Assembly (NCBI RefSeq): GCF_001644705.1
Contig: NZ_CP015137.1
Span: forward strand, 990,001 to 1,022,000
Direction of reading: 5' to 3'
DNA length: 32,000 bases
Source of the DNA: Dickeya solani IPO 2222
GTDB taxonomy: Bacteria > Pseudomonadota > Gammaproteobacteria > Enterobacterales > Enterobacteriaceae
The translations under genes and the position numbers were made by a program. Below the pieces are notes generated by a model, which saw only the letters and a list, made by a program, of their open reading frames with translations, had not been told where the DNA came from and searched no databases. Positions 17,251-25,934 of the stretch are shown here, one piece after another (the stretch's first letter is position 1; each line of letters starts with the position of its first letter).

Positions 17251-17312
17251 AAAAGACATCGACTGAAAAAGACATTGGCTAAACCGGTAAAAGCGCCACC
17301 GCTACCGTCGCG

Positions 17313-18260
17313 TCATACCGAATACGGATGCGCCCGATACCAGTGCTCGGCGATATCCTGACGGCGGCAGACCCACACCCGTTCATGCTGCTGGATGTAA
17401 TCGAGGAAACGTTGCAGCGCCCGGAAACGCCCCGGCCGCCCCAGCAGGCGGCAGTGCATGCCGACAGACATCATTTTCGGCGCCTCATCCCCCTCGGCAT
17501 ACAGCACGTCAAAGCTGTCCTTCAGATAGCTGAAAAACTGCTCGCCGCTGTTGAAACCCTGCGGTGACGCGAAGCGCATGTCGTTAGCGTCCAGCGTATA
17601 GGGAACGATCAGATGCGGCCGCACCCCGCCGTCCGCCTGCTTCACCGGCAGCCAGAATGGCAGGTCATCGCCGTAGTAGTCGCTGTCATACAGGAAACCG
17701 CCCTGTTCCAGCACCAGTTGCCGGGTATGGGGGCTGTCGCGTCCGGTGTACCAGCCCAGCGGCGGCTGGCCGAACAACGCCGTGTGCACCGCGATCGCCT
17801 GTTGCAAATGCGCACGCTCGGTGTCGATATCCATATTCTGGTAATGAACCCAGCGCCAGCCGTGGCTGACCACGTCATAGTCCGCCGCTCTGATGGCCTC
17901 GACCACCGCTGGATTGCGCGCCAGCGCCATCGCCACGCCAAACACCGTCAGCGGCAGGCCGCGGCGCTGAAATTCCTGATGAATACGCCAGAAACCGGCG
18001 CGGGGACCGTATTCATAGAGCGAATCCATCGACATGTGCCGCGCCGGGTAGCTGGCGGCGCCGATAATATCGGACAGAAACTGCTCGGAACCGGCGTCAC
18101 CATGCAGCACATGGTTTTCCGCCCCTTCTTCGTAATTGAGCACAAACTGCACCGCGATGCGCGCCTGTCCGGGCCAGCGGGCGTGCGGCGGTTTACCGGC
18201 ATAGCCTATCAGGTCGCGCGGGTAGTCAGGGTCTGAACCCCATAGCTGGGAGAGTGTCAT
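17313..18260 (-). CDS. hpxB: Allantoinase of the polysaccharide-deacetylase (PuuE) type
   Basis: MTLSQLWGSDPDYPRDLIGYAGKPPHARWPGQARIAVQFVLNYEEGAE... is a PuuE-like N-terminus. The start at M21 of the ORF (18260) has an AAGGAA RBS. It is the third gene of the hpxS-A-B-like operon. Confidence 0.85.
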   Translation of the reverse strand: MTLSQLWGSDPDYPRDLIGYAGKPPHARWPGQARIAVQFVLNYEEGAENHVLHGDAGSEQFLSDIIGAASYPARHMSMDSLYEYGPRAGFWRIHQEFQRRGLPLTVFGVAMALARNPAVVEAIRAADYDVVSHGWRWVHYQNMDIDTERAHLQQAIAVHTALFGQPPLGWYTGRDSPHTRQLVLEQGGFLYDSDYYGDDLPFWLPVKQADGGVRPHLIVPYTLDANDMRFASPQGFNSGEQFFSYLKDSFDVLYAEGDEAPKMMSVGMHCRLLGRPGRFRALQRFLDYIQQHERVWVCRRQDIAEHWYRAHPYSV

Positions 18261-18303
18261 AATTTCGTTCCTTATTGTGATGACCGCCACGGCACGCCGC
18301 CGA

Positions 18304-19041
18304 TTAACGCAACATCCCAAATGCGCCGGTCAACGGCTTGTCCAGTGGATAGTCAAGATCGCCGTGTTTGCTGGTGGTCAGCCCCAGCCCGACCAGCGAC
18401 TCCACCATTTTCACCGCCGCGCCCACGCCGTCGATAACCGGAATCCCCAGTTCCTGCGTCAGCGCCTGCGCCAGATCGGCCATACCGCCGCAGCCAAGTA
18501 CAATCGCGCCGGAGCCATCCTGCCGCTTCGCCTGTATACACATTTCCCGCACCTTGTGCTGCGCCAGCCCCTGACCGTCTTCCAGCGCCAGTACCGGCAG
18601 GTCGATGGCGTGCAGCGCGGCGCAGTGATGTTCGAAACCGTAGCGCTGCAACAGATGGCGGGCGATGATCAGCGTGCGCGGCAACGTGGTGACGATGGAA
18701 AAGCGTGTCGCCACCAGCGTCGCCAGATGCATCGCCGCTTCGGCGATGCCCACTACCGGCGCACGCGCCAGTTCCCGCGCCGCCAGCAGGCCGGGGTCGC
18801 CAAAGCAGGCGATGACATGGCCGCTGACGCCCTGCTCGCGGCCCAGCCGAATCTGCTCCAGTACCCCGAGGGTCGCCACCGCTTCGTCAAAATGCCCTTC
18901 TATCGACGGCACGCCCTGCGACGGGCATACCGCCAGAATATCGGTACCGGGTGCAGCCACTCGCCGCGCCGCCTCACCAATGGTTTCGGTCATCGCCAAG
19001 CTGGTGTTGGGGTTGATCACCTGAATCACACATTGGCTCAT
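18304..19041 (-). CDS. hpxA: Asp/Glu/hydantoin racemase family protein, allantoin racemase type
   Basis: 245 aa with the two catalytic Cys contexts (VIACFGDPG and VLGCGGMA) typical of this racemase family. An ATGA overlap links it to the GntR gene. Confidence 0.82.
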   Translation of the reverse strand: MSQCVIQVINPNTSLAMTETIGEAARRVAAPGTDILAVCPSQGVPSIEGHFDEAVATLGVLEQIRLGREQGVSGHVIACFGDPGLLAARELARAPVVGIAEAAMHLATLVATRFSIVTTLPRTLIIARHLLQRYGFEHHCAALHAIDLPVLALEDGQGLAQHKVREMCIQAKRQDGSGAIVLGCGGMADLAQALTQELGIPVIDGVGAAVKMVESLVGLGLTTSKHGDLDYPLDKPLTGAFGMLR

Positions 19042-19781
19042 TCGGCTTGATCCTCTTTATTCCAACCGAGCGGCTTCAGATGGCTGAACAACCGTGAGAA
19101 ATCCGGCGTGGTCGCGCCGTCGCTGCCAAAACGCAGGCTGGCGACGATGTCGGCAAAATGCTGCTGCATGGCGATGGTCAATGCCGTCAGATCCTGATTG
19201 CGCAGCAGCGTCAGCAAATCGTGGTGATCGTGGCAGCGGCAACCCTGCTGCCAGGGCGCGCCGTAGGCGGCGATCACCAGCGACGATCGCAGCGTCAGTT
19301 GCGACACCATGCTGGTCAGCACGCTGTTGCCGGAAATCGCCTGCAACTGTATATGAAATGCGGCCGACAGGCGGATCGCCTCCGGCCCGTTGCGATCCTG
19401 ATGCGCTTTCTCTTCCGCCGCCATCAGCGTCTCCAGCGCCGCCAGGTGCGGCGGCTGGCAGTGCGCGATCACCGCGGGCAGGTTAGCGCACTCCATCAGG
19501 CTGCGGGTCTGGAAGATCTCACGCGCTTCTTCTACCGTCGGCGTCGCCACCTGTGCACCACGTTTGGGCAACAGCGTGACCATTTGCACCGTCGCCAGAC
19601 GCTGCAACACCTTGCGGATCCCGGTACGGCTGACGCCGAACACCTCCGCCAGCGCCTCCTCCGGCAGGCGGGCGCCGGGCAACAATTGATGCTCAACGAT
19701 CGCGTTTAGCAGCGCTTGATAGATAACTTCATCTTTTTGCTCAAAAAACGTCTCTTTTCCGAGACCATAAATATCGCTCAT
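19038..19781 (-). CDS. hpxS: GntR-family (FadR/FCD subfamily) transcriptional regulator
   Basis: The winged HTH is LPGARLPEEALAEVFGVSRTGIRKVLQRLA, followed by an FCD-like helical C-terminal domain. It is the first gene of an operon with the racemase and allantoinase, as in Klebsiella hpxSAB. The symbol is assigned by analogy. Confidence 0.8.
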   Translation of the reverse strand: MSDIYGLGKETFFEQKDEVIYQALLNAIVEHQLLPGARLPEEALAEVFGVSRTGIRKVLQRLATVQMVTLLPKRGAQVATPTVEEAREIFQTRSLMECANLPAVIAHCQPPHLAALETLMAAEEKAHQDRNGPEAIRLSAAFHIQLQAISGNSVLTSMVSQLTLRSSLVIAAYGAPWQQGCRCHDHHDLLTLLRNQDLTALTIAMQQHFADIVASLRFGSDGATTPDFSRLFSHLKPLGWNKEDQAE

Positions 19782-19834
19782 CGGTTTCTTCCATCATCAC
19801 GTTATCGCCAAATCGTACACACAAAATAAATTTA

Positions 19835-19844
19835 TTGTATACAA
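19835..19844. promoter_or_regulatory. Perfect palindrome TTGTATACAA, candidate GntR-family operator
   Basis: It fits the GntR-type GT-N-AC dyad. It lies in the 152-bp divergent region between hpxS and the NCS1 permease, within an AT-rich context. Confidence 0.45.
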
Positions 19845-19856
19845 AATTCACTGATC

Positions 19857-19872
19857 TGGCCCAAATCCTGCA
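19857..19872 (+). promoter_or_regulatory. Weaker sigma54-like -24/-12 element upstream of the NCS1 permease
   Basis: TGGCCCAAATCCTGCA has GG-N10-GC spacing. It lies about 60 nt upstream of the ATG at 19934. Confidence 0.3.
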
Positions 19873-19933
19873 ACACCCCATTGCCTGATTTTTTCACCTT
19901 TATTTTATCGTCATCAAAAAAGGAGCAGATTCC

Positions 19934-21418
19934 ATGCCAGAAAACATGACGTCCGCCGGAACCACCCCGGCGCATTACAGCCCGAGACTGTGCAATGAAG
20001 ATTTGGCCCCGACGCGTGTGCAAAGCTGGTCCTGGTACAACATCTTTTCATTCTGGATGTCGGATGTACACAGCATGGGCGGCTACGTGGTGGCGGCCAG
20101 CTTCTTTACGCTGGGCCTGGCTAGCTGGCAGGTGCTGTTGTGTCTGCTGGCGGGTATCTGCATCGTGCAACTGTGCGCCAATCTGGTGGCCAAACCCAGC
20201 CAGCTCAGCGGCGTACCCTACGCGGTAATTTGCCGTCAGTCCTTCGGCGTGTTCGGCGCCAACATTCCAGCGGTGATCCGCGGGCTGATCGCGTTCGCCT
20301 GGTACGGCATCCAGACCTATCTGGCCGCCAACGCGCTGATGCTGGTGCTGTTGAAATTCGTGCCGTCGCTCACCCCGCTGACCACCAGCCACTGGCTCGG
20401 CCTGTCGACGCTGGGCTGGCTGTGTTTCGGCGTGATGTGGTTGTTGCAGGCGATGGTGTTCTGGCACGGCATGAGCGCCATCAAGCGCTTTATTGATATC
20501 GCCGGCCCGGCGGTCTACGTGGTGATGCTGTCGCTGGCCGGATGGATTGTATACAAAACCGGACTGGAGAATATCTCCTTCACGCTGGGCAGCAAATCCC
20601 TCAGCAGCGGTGAACAGGCCTGGCAGATGATCACTGCCACGGCGCTGGTGGTGTCCTATTTCTCCGGTCCGTTGCTCAACTTCGGCGATTTCTCCCGCTA
20701 CGGTAAAAGCATACAGGAAATCCGCCGCGGCAATCGCTGGGGCTTGCCGTTCAACTTCCTGCTGTTCTCCATCGTGACGGTGGTGATCGTCTCCGGTACC
20801 CAGTCGCTGTTCGGCCAAATGATCACCGACCCGATCGAAACCGTCAGCCGCGTCGGCAACAGCGTGGCGGTGGCGCTGGGCCTGCTGACCATGATTGTCG
20901 CCACCATCGGCATCAACATTGTCGCCAACTTCGTTTCTCCGGCGTTCGATTTCTCCAACTGTGCGCCGCAGCGCATCAGTTTCCGCACCGGCGGGATGAT
21001 CGCCGCGGTCGGTTCGGTACTGCTGACGCCCTGGAATCTGTTCAACTCGCCGGAGCTGATTCACTACACGCTCGACGTGCTGGGCGCGTTCATCGGCCCG
21101 CTGTTCGGCATCCTGCTGGCGGATTTCTACCTGATCAAAGGCGGCAAAGTGGATGTGGACGCGCTGTTCAACGATACCCCCAGCGGCCGTTACTGGTACC
21201 GCAACGGCATCAACCCGAACGCGGTGCTGGCGCTGCTGCCGTCGGTGGCTATCGGGCTGATAATTAGCTTCGTGCCGGACTGGCATGAGGTCGCCAATTT
21301 CAGTTGGTTTATCGGCGTGGCGCTGGGTGCCGGCAGCTACCGTTATCTGGCCCGTCGGGAAAAAGCCGTTGTGCCGACCGCGACCGGACTGTCAGGTCTG
21401 GTGCTGGGTAAAGAATAA
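19934..21418 (+). CDS. NCS1-family nucleobase/allantoin:cation symporter
   Basis: 494 aa, about 12 TM segments. The N-terminal NEDLAPT...W.WYNIFSFWMSD motif is characteristic of NCS1 (PucI/Mhp1/AllP-like) permeases. AAGGAG lies 7 nt upstream. Confidence 0.88.
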   Translation: MPENMTSAGTTPAHYSPRLCNEDLAPTRVQSWSWYNIFSFWMSDVHSMGGYVVAASFFTLGLASWQVLLCLLAGICIVQLCANLVAKPSQLSGVPYAVICRQSFGVFGANIPAVIRGLIAFAWYGIQTYLAANALMLVLLKFVPSLTPLTTSHWLGLSTLGWLCFGVMWLLQAMVFWHGMSAIKRFIDIAGPAVYVVMLSLAGWIVYKTGLENISFTLGSKSLSSGEQAWQMITATALVVSYFSGPLLNFGDFSRYGKSIQEIRRGNRWGLPFNFLLFSIVTVVIVSGTQSLFGQMITDPIETVSRVGNSVAVALGLLTMIVATIGINIVANFVSPAFDFSNCAPQRISFRTGGMIAAVGSVLLTPWNLFNSPELIHYTLDVLGAFIGPLFGILLADFYLIKGGKVDVDALFNDTPSGRYWYRNGINPNAVLALLPSVAIGLIISFVPDWHEVANFSWFIGVALGAGSYRYLARREKAVVPTATGLSGLVLGKE

Positions 21419-21427
21419 ACCGCCCCC

Positions 21428-21455
21428 GGATCGCGGCATCGCGATCCGCTTTTTT
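21428..21455 (+). terminator. Rho-independent terminator of the permease gene
   Basis: GGATCGCG-GCAT-CGCGATCC is a perfect 8-bp stem, followed by GC and TTTTTT. Confidence 0.8.
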
Positions 21456-21995
21456 GCTCCATCATAGCGCCCCGTTTTCGATCCCGCAGCGGGTCCGGCG
21501 GTGCCGCCACGGTGTGTTTCCCTTTACATCCTCACGCAGGAAGTCGCCCAACAGATCGGGTTATTCAACGCATAAGCACTCAGAATCATCCGATTATTTG
21601 GCCGAAACATTGCAATACTTCAACGTCATATTATCCCTGCAAAAAAACCAGCTTACCCCCCGTTAATCAGTCATTTCACCACCGTGAATATCGCCATAAA
21701 AAAACTCTATTCCCCATCACCAACACCCACTCAATCAATATGAATTTTTCATTAAAATACATTATTATTTCCCTTCCTATTCGATTCACAAAAACCATTG
21801 CTTTCCTCATGAATCACCATTGAAAAAACCCAATAAAACTGAAAAATAATAAACAAACAACGTATTGAATTTAAATAATAAATAAATAATATTACGTGCA
21901 GAAAAATTCTCTTTCACTTTTCAATCAAAAAGAATTAATTCAGAAAAATATTGCCAATCAATTTACAAAAACGCGCATCAATTGCCATCAAAGGG

Positions 21996-22023
21996 TTGTC
22001 AGACCGTCGGTTTATGATAGGGT
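21996..22023 (+). promoter_or_regulatory. proU (proV) sigma70 promoter
   Basis: TTGTCA, a 16-bp spacer, then TAGGGT. This is the same unusual -10 hexamer and short spacer as the E. coli proU P2 promoter as I recall it. It lies about 70 nt upstream of the proV ATG. Confidence 0.55.
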
Positions 22024-22091
22024 ATAAAAAGTTTCACCCACCATGAGGCAGCGAGAAAAACAATTAAACCATACAGGAAACCCTTAATTAC

Positions 22092-23294
22092 ATGGCAATT
22101 AAACTTGAAGTAACGCATCTGTATAAAATATTTGGCGAGCATCCCGATCGGGCATTCAAGCTCCTGGAACAGGGGCTGAGCAAGGATCAGATTTTTGAGA
22201 AAACCGGTCTGACGGTGGGGGTAAAAGACGCCAGTCTGGCCATTGAAGAAGGCGAGATTTTCGTGATCATGGGGTTGTCCGGTTCCGGCAAATCCACCCT
22301 GGTACGCCTTCTCAATCGCCTGATAGAACCCACCCGTGGTCAGGTGCTGATCGACGGCGAGGATATCTCTCGCCTGCCGGACGGCGCGCTGCGTGCGGTT
22401 CGTCGTAAGAAGGTCAGCATGGTGTTCCAGTCTTTCGCGCTAATGCCCCACCTGAATATTCTCGACAACACGGCATTCGGCATGGATCTGGCCGGGGTGC
22501 CCCGCGTGGAACGCGAGCAGAAAGCGCTGAACGCACTGCAACAGGTCGGCCTGGAGACTTACGCCAACGCCTACCCGGACGAACTCTCCGGCGGGATGCG
22601 TCAGCGTGTCGGCCTGGCCCGCGCGTTGGCCAACGATCCCGACATCCTGCTGATGGACGAAGCGTTTTCAGCGCTCGACCCGTTGATCCGCACCGAGATG
22701 CAGGATGAGCTGGTCAAGCTGCAGGCACGCCAGCAACGCACCATTGTGTTCATATCGCACGATCTGGATGAAGCGATGCGCATCGGCGATCGCATCGCCA
22801 TCATGCACAGCGGCGAGGTGATTCAGATCGGCACGCCGGACGAGATTCTCAATAATCCGGCTACCGACTATGTGCGCACCTTCTTCCGCGGCGTGGATAT
22901 CAGTCACGTGTTCAGCGCCAAAGACATCGCCCGCCGCCGTCCGGTAGCGGTGATCCGCAAAACGCCGGGCGTGGGCCCGCGATCCGCGCTCAAGATCCTG
23001 CAAGAGGAGGATCGCGAGTACGGGTATGTGCTGGAGCGGGGTCGCAAATTCATTGGCGTAGTCTCCATCGATTCCCTCAAACAGGCGCTGCGCGAACAGC
23101 TGCCGCTGGAGCAGGCATTACTGCCCGCCCCGGTGCCGGTCCCCGCGGACATGTCGCTCAACGAGCTGATATCCCAGGTGGCGCTAGCTCCCTGCGCGGT
23201 ACCTGTTGTGGACGAAAACCATGAATATCTCGGCATTATCTCCAAAGGGATGCTGCTGCAGGCACTGGATAAGGAGAGTACGCTGAATGAATGA
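22092..23294 (+). CDS. proV: Glycine betaine/proline ABC transporter ATPase with tandem CBS domains
   Basis: MAIKLEV..., Walker [10 protein letters not shown] and signature [15 protein letters not shown]. Colinear with E. coli ProV. Confidence 0.95.
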   Translation: MAIKLEVTHLYKIFGEHPDRAFKLLEQGLSKDQIFEKTGLTVGVKDASLAIEEGEIFVIMGLSGSGKSTLVRLLNRLIEPTRGQVLIDGEDISRLPDGALRAVRRKKVSMVFQSFALMPHLNILDNTAFGMDLAGVPRVEREQKALNALQQVGLETYANAYPDELSGGMRQRVGLARALANDPDILLMDEAFSALDPLIRTEMQDELVKLQARQQRTIVFISHDLDEAMRIGDRIAIMHSGEVIQIGTPDEILNNPATDYVRTFFRGVDISHVFSAKDIARRRPVAVIRKTPGVGPRSALKILQEEDREYGYVLERGRKFIGVVSIDSLKQALREQLPLEQALLPAPVPVPADMSLNELISQVALAPCAVPVVDENHEYLGIISKGMLLQALDKESTLNE

Positions 23295-24501
23295 CACCAC
23301 ACCCAATCCCTGGGAAGAGGACCAAACGACGGAGCCGGCAGTTACCGCCCACCACAACCACGCCGCTACGTCGGGCGAACATGCCGCCGCCGCAGGTTCA
23401 TCCGGCAGCCCGGCGCAGACCGATCCCTGGGCGACCTCATCAGCGCCGGCAGGCAACACGCCGGCGCCGGACAACTCCGCCGACGCCTGGAGCAATGCGC
23501 CGCCGCCCGCCGCCAGCGATGTGCACCAAAGCGGAGCCGACTGGCTGAACAGCGCGCCAGCACCGACACAGGAACACTTCAGCCTGCTGGATCCGTTCCG
23601 CCATACGCTGGTGCCGCTCGACCGTTGGGTGACCGAAGGCATCGACTGGCTGGTACTGCATTTTCGCCCGGTTTTTCAGGGCATCCGGGTACCGGTCGAC
23701 GTGATTCTTACCCATTTCCAGCAACTGCTGACCGGCCTGCCCGCGCCAGTCGCCATTCTGGTGTTCTCGCTGCTGGCCTGGCAGGTGTCCAGTTTCGGCA
23801 TGGGCGTGACGACACTGGTCTCGCTCATCGCCATCGGCGCCATCGGTGCCTGGTCGCAGGCGATGGTGACGCTGGCGCTGGTACTGACCGCCTTGTTCTT
23901 CTGCGTGATCATCGGCCTGCCGCTGGGGATCTGGCTGGCGCACAGCGACCGGGCGGCCCGCATTATACGTCCGCTGCTGGATGCCATGCAGACCACACCG
24001 GCCTTCGTCTATCTGGTGCCGATCGTGATGTTGTTCGGTATCGGCAATGTGCCAGGCGTGGTAGTGACCATTATTTTCGCCCTGCCGCCAATCGTCCGCC
24101 TGACCATTCTCGGTATCCGCCAGGTGCCGGCGGATCTGGTGGAAGCGGCGCAATCTTTTGGCGCCAGCCCGCGCCAGATGCTGTTCAAAGTGCAGTTGCC
24201 GCTGGCGATGCCCACCATCATGGCCGGCATCAACCAAACGCTGATGCTGGCACTGTCGATGGTGGTGATCGCTTCGATGATCGCCGTCGGCGGGCTGGGG
24301 CAGATGGTGCTGCGCGGCATCGGCCGTCTCGATATGGGGCTGGCGTCCATCGGCGGGGTCGGCATCGTGATTCTGGCCATTATTCTGGACCGGCTGACCC
24401 AATCGCTGGGGCGTGACGCCCGCAGCCGCGGTAACCACCATTGGTACCACCACGGTCCGTTGGGGCTGCTGGCTCGCCCCTTCATCAAATCCCGGGCCTG
24501 A
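23287..24501 (+). CDS. proW: Glycine betaine/proline ABC transporter permease
   Basis: From FSLLDPF onward it is near-identical in pattern to E. coli ProW ([19 protein letters not shown]...). It overlaps proV by 8 nt. The N-terminal low-complexity region is about 50 aa longer than in E. coli. Confidence 0.95.
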   Translation: MNDTTPNPWEEDQTTEPAVTAHHNHAATSGEHAAAAGSSGSPAQTDPWATSSAPAGNTPAPDNSADAWSNAPPPAASDVHQSGADWLNSAPAPTQEHFSLLDPFRHTLVPLDRWVTEGIDWLVLHFRPVFQGIRVPVDVILTHFQQLLTGLPAPVAILVFSLLAWQVSSFGMGVTTLVSLIAIGAIGAWSQAMVTLALVLTALFFCVIIGLPLGIWLAHSDRAARIIRPLLDAMQTTPAFVYLVPIVMLFGIGNVPGVVVTIIFALPPIVRLTILGIRQVPADLVEAAQSFGASPRQMLFKVQLPLAMPTIMAGINQTLMLALSMVVIASMIAVGGLGQMVLRGIGRLDMGLASIGGVGIVILAIILDRLTQSLGRDARSRGNHHWYHHGPLGLLARPFIKSRA

Positions 24502-24619
24502 GACCGCCCGGACGGCACGACCTGAACTGCGGCCTGCGCCAGCTGGCCGCACTCGCTAAACCAGGTACCCGTGCGCTGCTTACGACCGCTTATTGAATGA
24601 CAACATGAGGATTCTCCGT

Positions 24620-25618
24620 ATGCGTAACATCAGCATGGCAACGCTTGCCCTGACTACCGTACTCAGTACCAGCCTGTTTGCCGCCGACAACCTTCCCGGC
24701 AAAGGCATCACCGTTAAACCGGTGCAAAGCACTATCTCCGAAGAAACCTTCCAGACGCTGCTGGTCGGCAAGGCGCTGGAAAAACTGGGTTATACCGTCG
24801 ATAAGCCCAGCGAAGTGGACTACAACGTCGGTTACACCTCGATCGCCAACGGCGACGCCACCTTCACCGCCGTCAACTGGCAACCGCTGCACGACGACAT
24901 GTATCAGGCCGCTGGCGGCGATACCAAATTCTACCGTCAGGGGGTCTACGTTTCGGGCGCGGCGCAGGGGTACCTGATCGACAAGAAAACCGCCGAGCAG
25001 TACCACATTACCCGACTGGATCAGCTCAAGGACCCGAAACTGGCTAAACTGTTCGACACCAACGGCGACGGCAAAGCGGACCTGACCGGTTGTAACCCCG
25101 GCTGGGGCTGCGACAGCGTCATCAATCACCAGATTCAGGCCTATGGGCTGAGCAGTACCGTCAACCACAACCAGGGCAACTACGCGGCGCTGATCGCCGA
25201 CACCATCGCCCGCTACAAGCAGGGTAAACCGATCCTGTACTTCACCTGGACGCCGTACTGGGTAAGTGACGTACTGGTGCCGGGGCGTGACGTCGTGTGG
25301 CTGCAGGTGCCGTTCTCCTCGCTGCCCGGCAAGCAGAAAGGCACCGACACCAAACTGCCTAACGGCGCTAACTACGGTTTCCCGGTCAACAATATGCGCA
25401 TCGTCGCCAATAAGGACTGGGCTGAGAAAAACCCGGCCGCGGCGACACTGTTCGCCACCATGAAACTGCCGCTGGCGGACATCAACGCCCAGAACCTGCG
25501 CATGCATCAGGGTGAAGCGTCTCAGGAGGCTATCGAGCGCCACGTCAACGGCTGGATCAACGCGCATCAGGCGCAATTTGACGGCTGGATCAACGCCGCC
25601 CGCGCCGCAGCGAAGTAA
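24620..25618 (+). CDS. proX: Glycine betaine-binding periplasmic protein
   Basis: The start at M10 of the ORF ([49 protein letters not shown]) aligns with the E. coli ProX signal peptide and mature N-terminus. TGAGGA lies 8 nt upstream. Confidence 0.93.
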   Translation: MRNISMATLALTTVLSTSLFAADNLPGKGITVKPVQSTISEETFQTLLVGKALEKLGYTVDKPSEVDYNVGYTSIANGDATFTAVNWQPLHDDMYQAAGGDTKFYRQGVYVSGAAQGYLIDKKTAEQYHITRLDQLKDPKLAKLFDTNGDGKADLTGCNPGWGCDSVINHQIQAYGLSSTVNHNQGNYAALIADTIARYKQGKPILYFTWTPYWVSDVLVPGRDVVWLQVPFSSLPGKQKGTDTKLPNGANYGFPVNNMRIVANKDWAEKNPAAATLFATMKLPLADINAQNLRMHQGEASQEAIERHVNGWINAHQAQFDGWINAARAAAK

Positions 25619-25639
25619 GTCGTTACGCCGCGTTAACTC

Positions 25640-25673
25640 AGAGGATGTCCGCCGGGGTGTCCTCTGCTTTTCT
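25640..25673 (+). terminator. Probable proU operon terminator
   Basis: AGAGGA...TCCTCT stem with inner G-U and C-G pairs, followed by GCTTTTCTT. Confidence 0.5.
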
Positions 25674-25934
25674 TCCCCACCGTTTCGGATCGATGCCGCT
25701 TTCCCTTCGCCGTTTTCCATTGTTATCGGTTTCTGGCCTTATCGGCTTTTACCGTCTCGAAAGTAAACGCTTACCCTTTATCGAAGCGGAGAATAATAGG
25801 CTTCTTCCAGCCAGGCTGATAAAACTCCTGATTATTTTCAGGGAAATTTATAAGATAAATTGCTGGATTCTCTGGCGTGACTGTTCAATACTAAATCAAT
25901 AATTCTGATTTAACATTAAGTTAACATTTCTCGC

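Noticed and set aside
20048-21286. A 412-aa ORF antisense to the NCS1 permease. There are many similar long antisense or off-frame ORFs, for example 24590-25720, 23440-24552, 11786-12742, 6451-7359, 4916-5755, 13332-14090, 18277-19050, 8122-8823 and 31121-31963.
   Set aside because: All lie fully inside genes that have strong family motifs on the other strand or frame. Their translations are Arg/Gly/Ala/His/Gln-rich low-complexity strings, typical of stop-codon-poor alternative frames in GC-rich DNA. None has an RBS or a recognisable motif.
21454-21823. Two overlapping ORFs (70 and 103 aa) in the region upstream of proV.
   Set aside because: The region is AT-rich and low-complexity, with no RBS and no recognisable domain. 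The ORFs overlap each other in different frames. The region is better explained as the proU regulatory tract.
24529-24550. A GCGGCC-N10-GGCCGC hairpin in the proW-proX spacer, considered as a possible REP-like element or attenuator.
   Set aside because: It has only a 6-bp stem with a 10-nt loop and no U-tract, and it occurs once. That is too weak to call.
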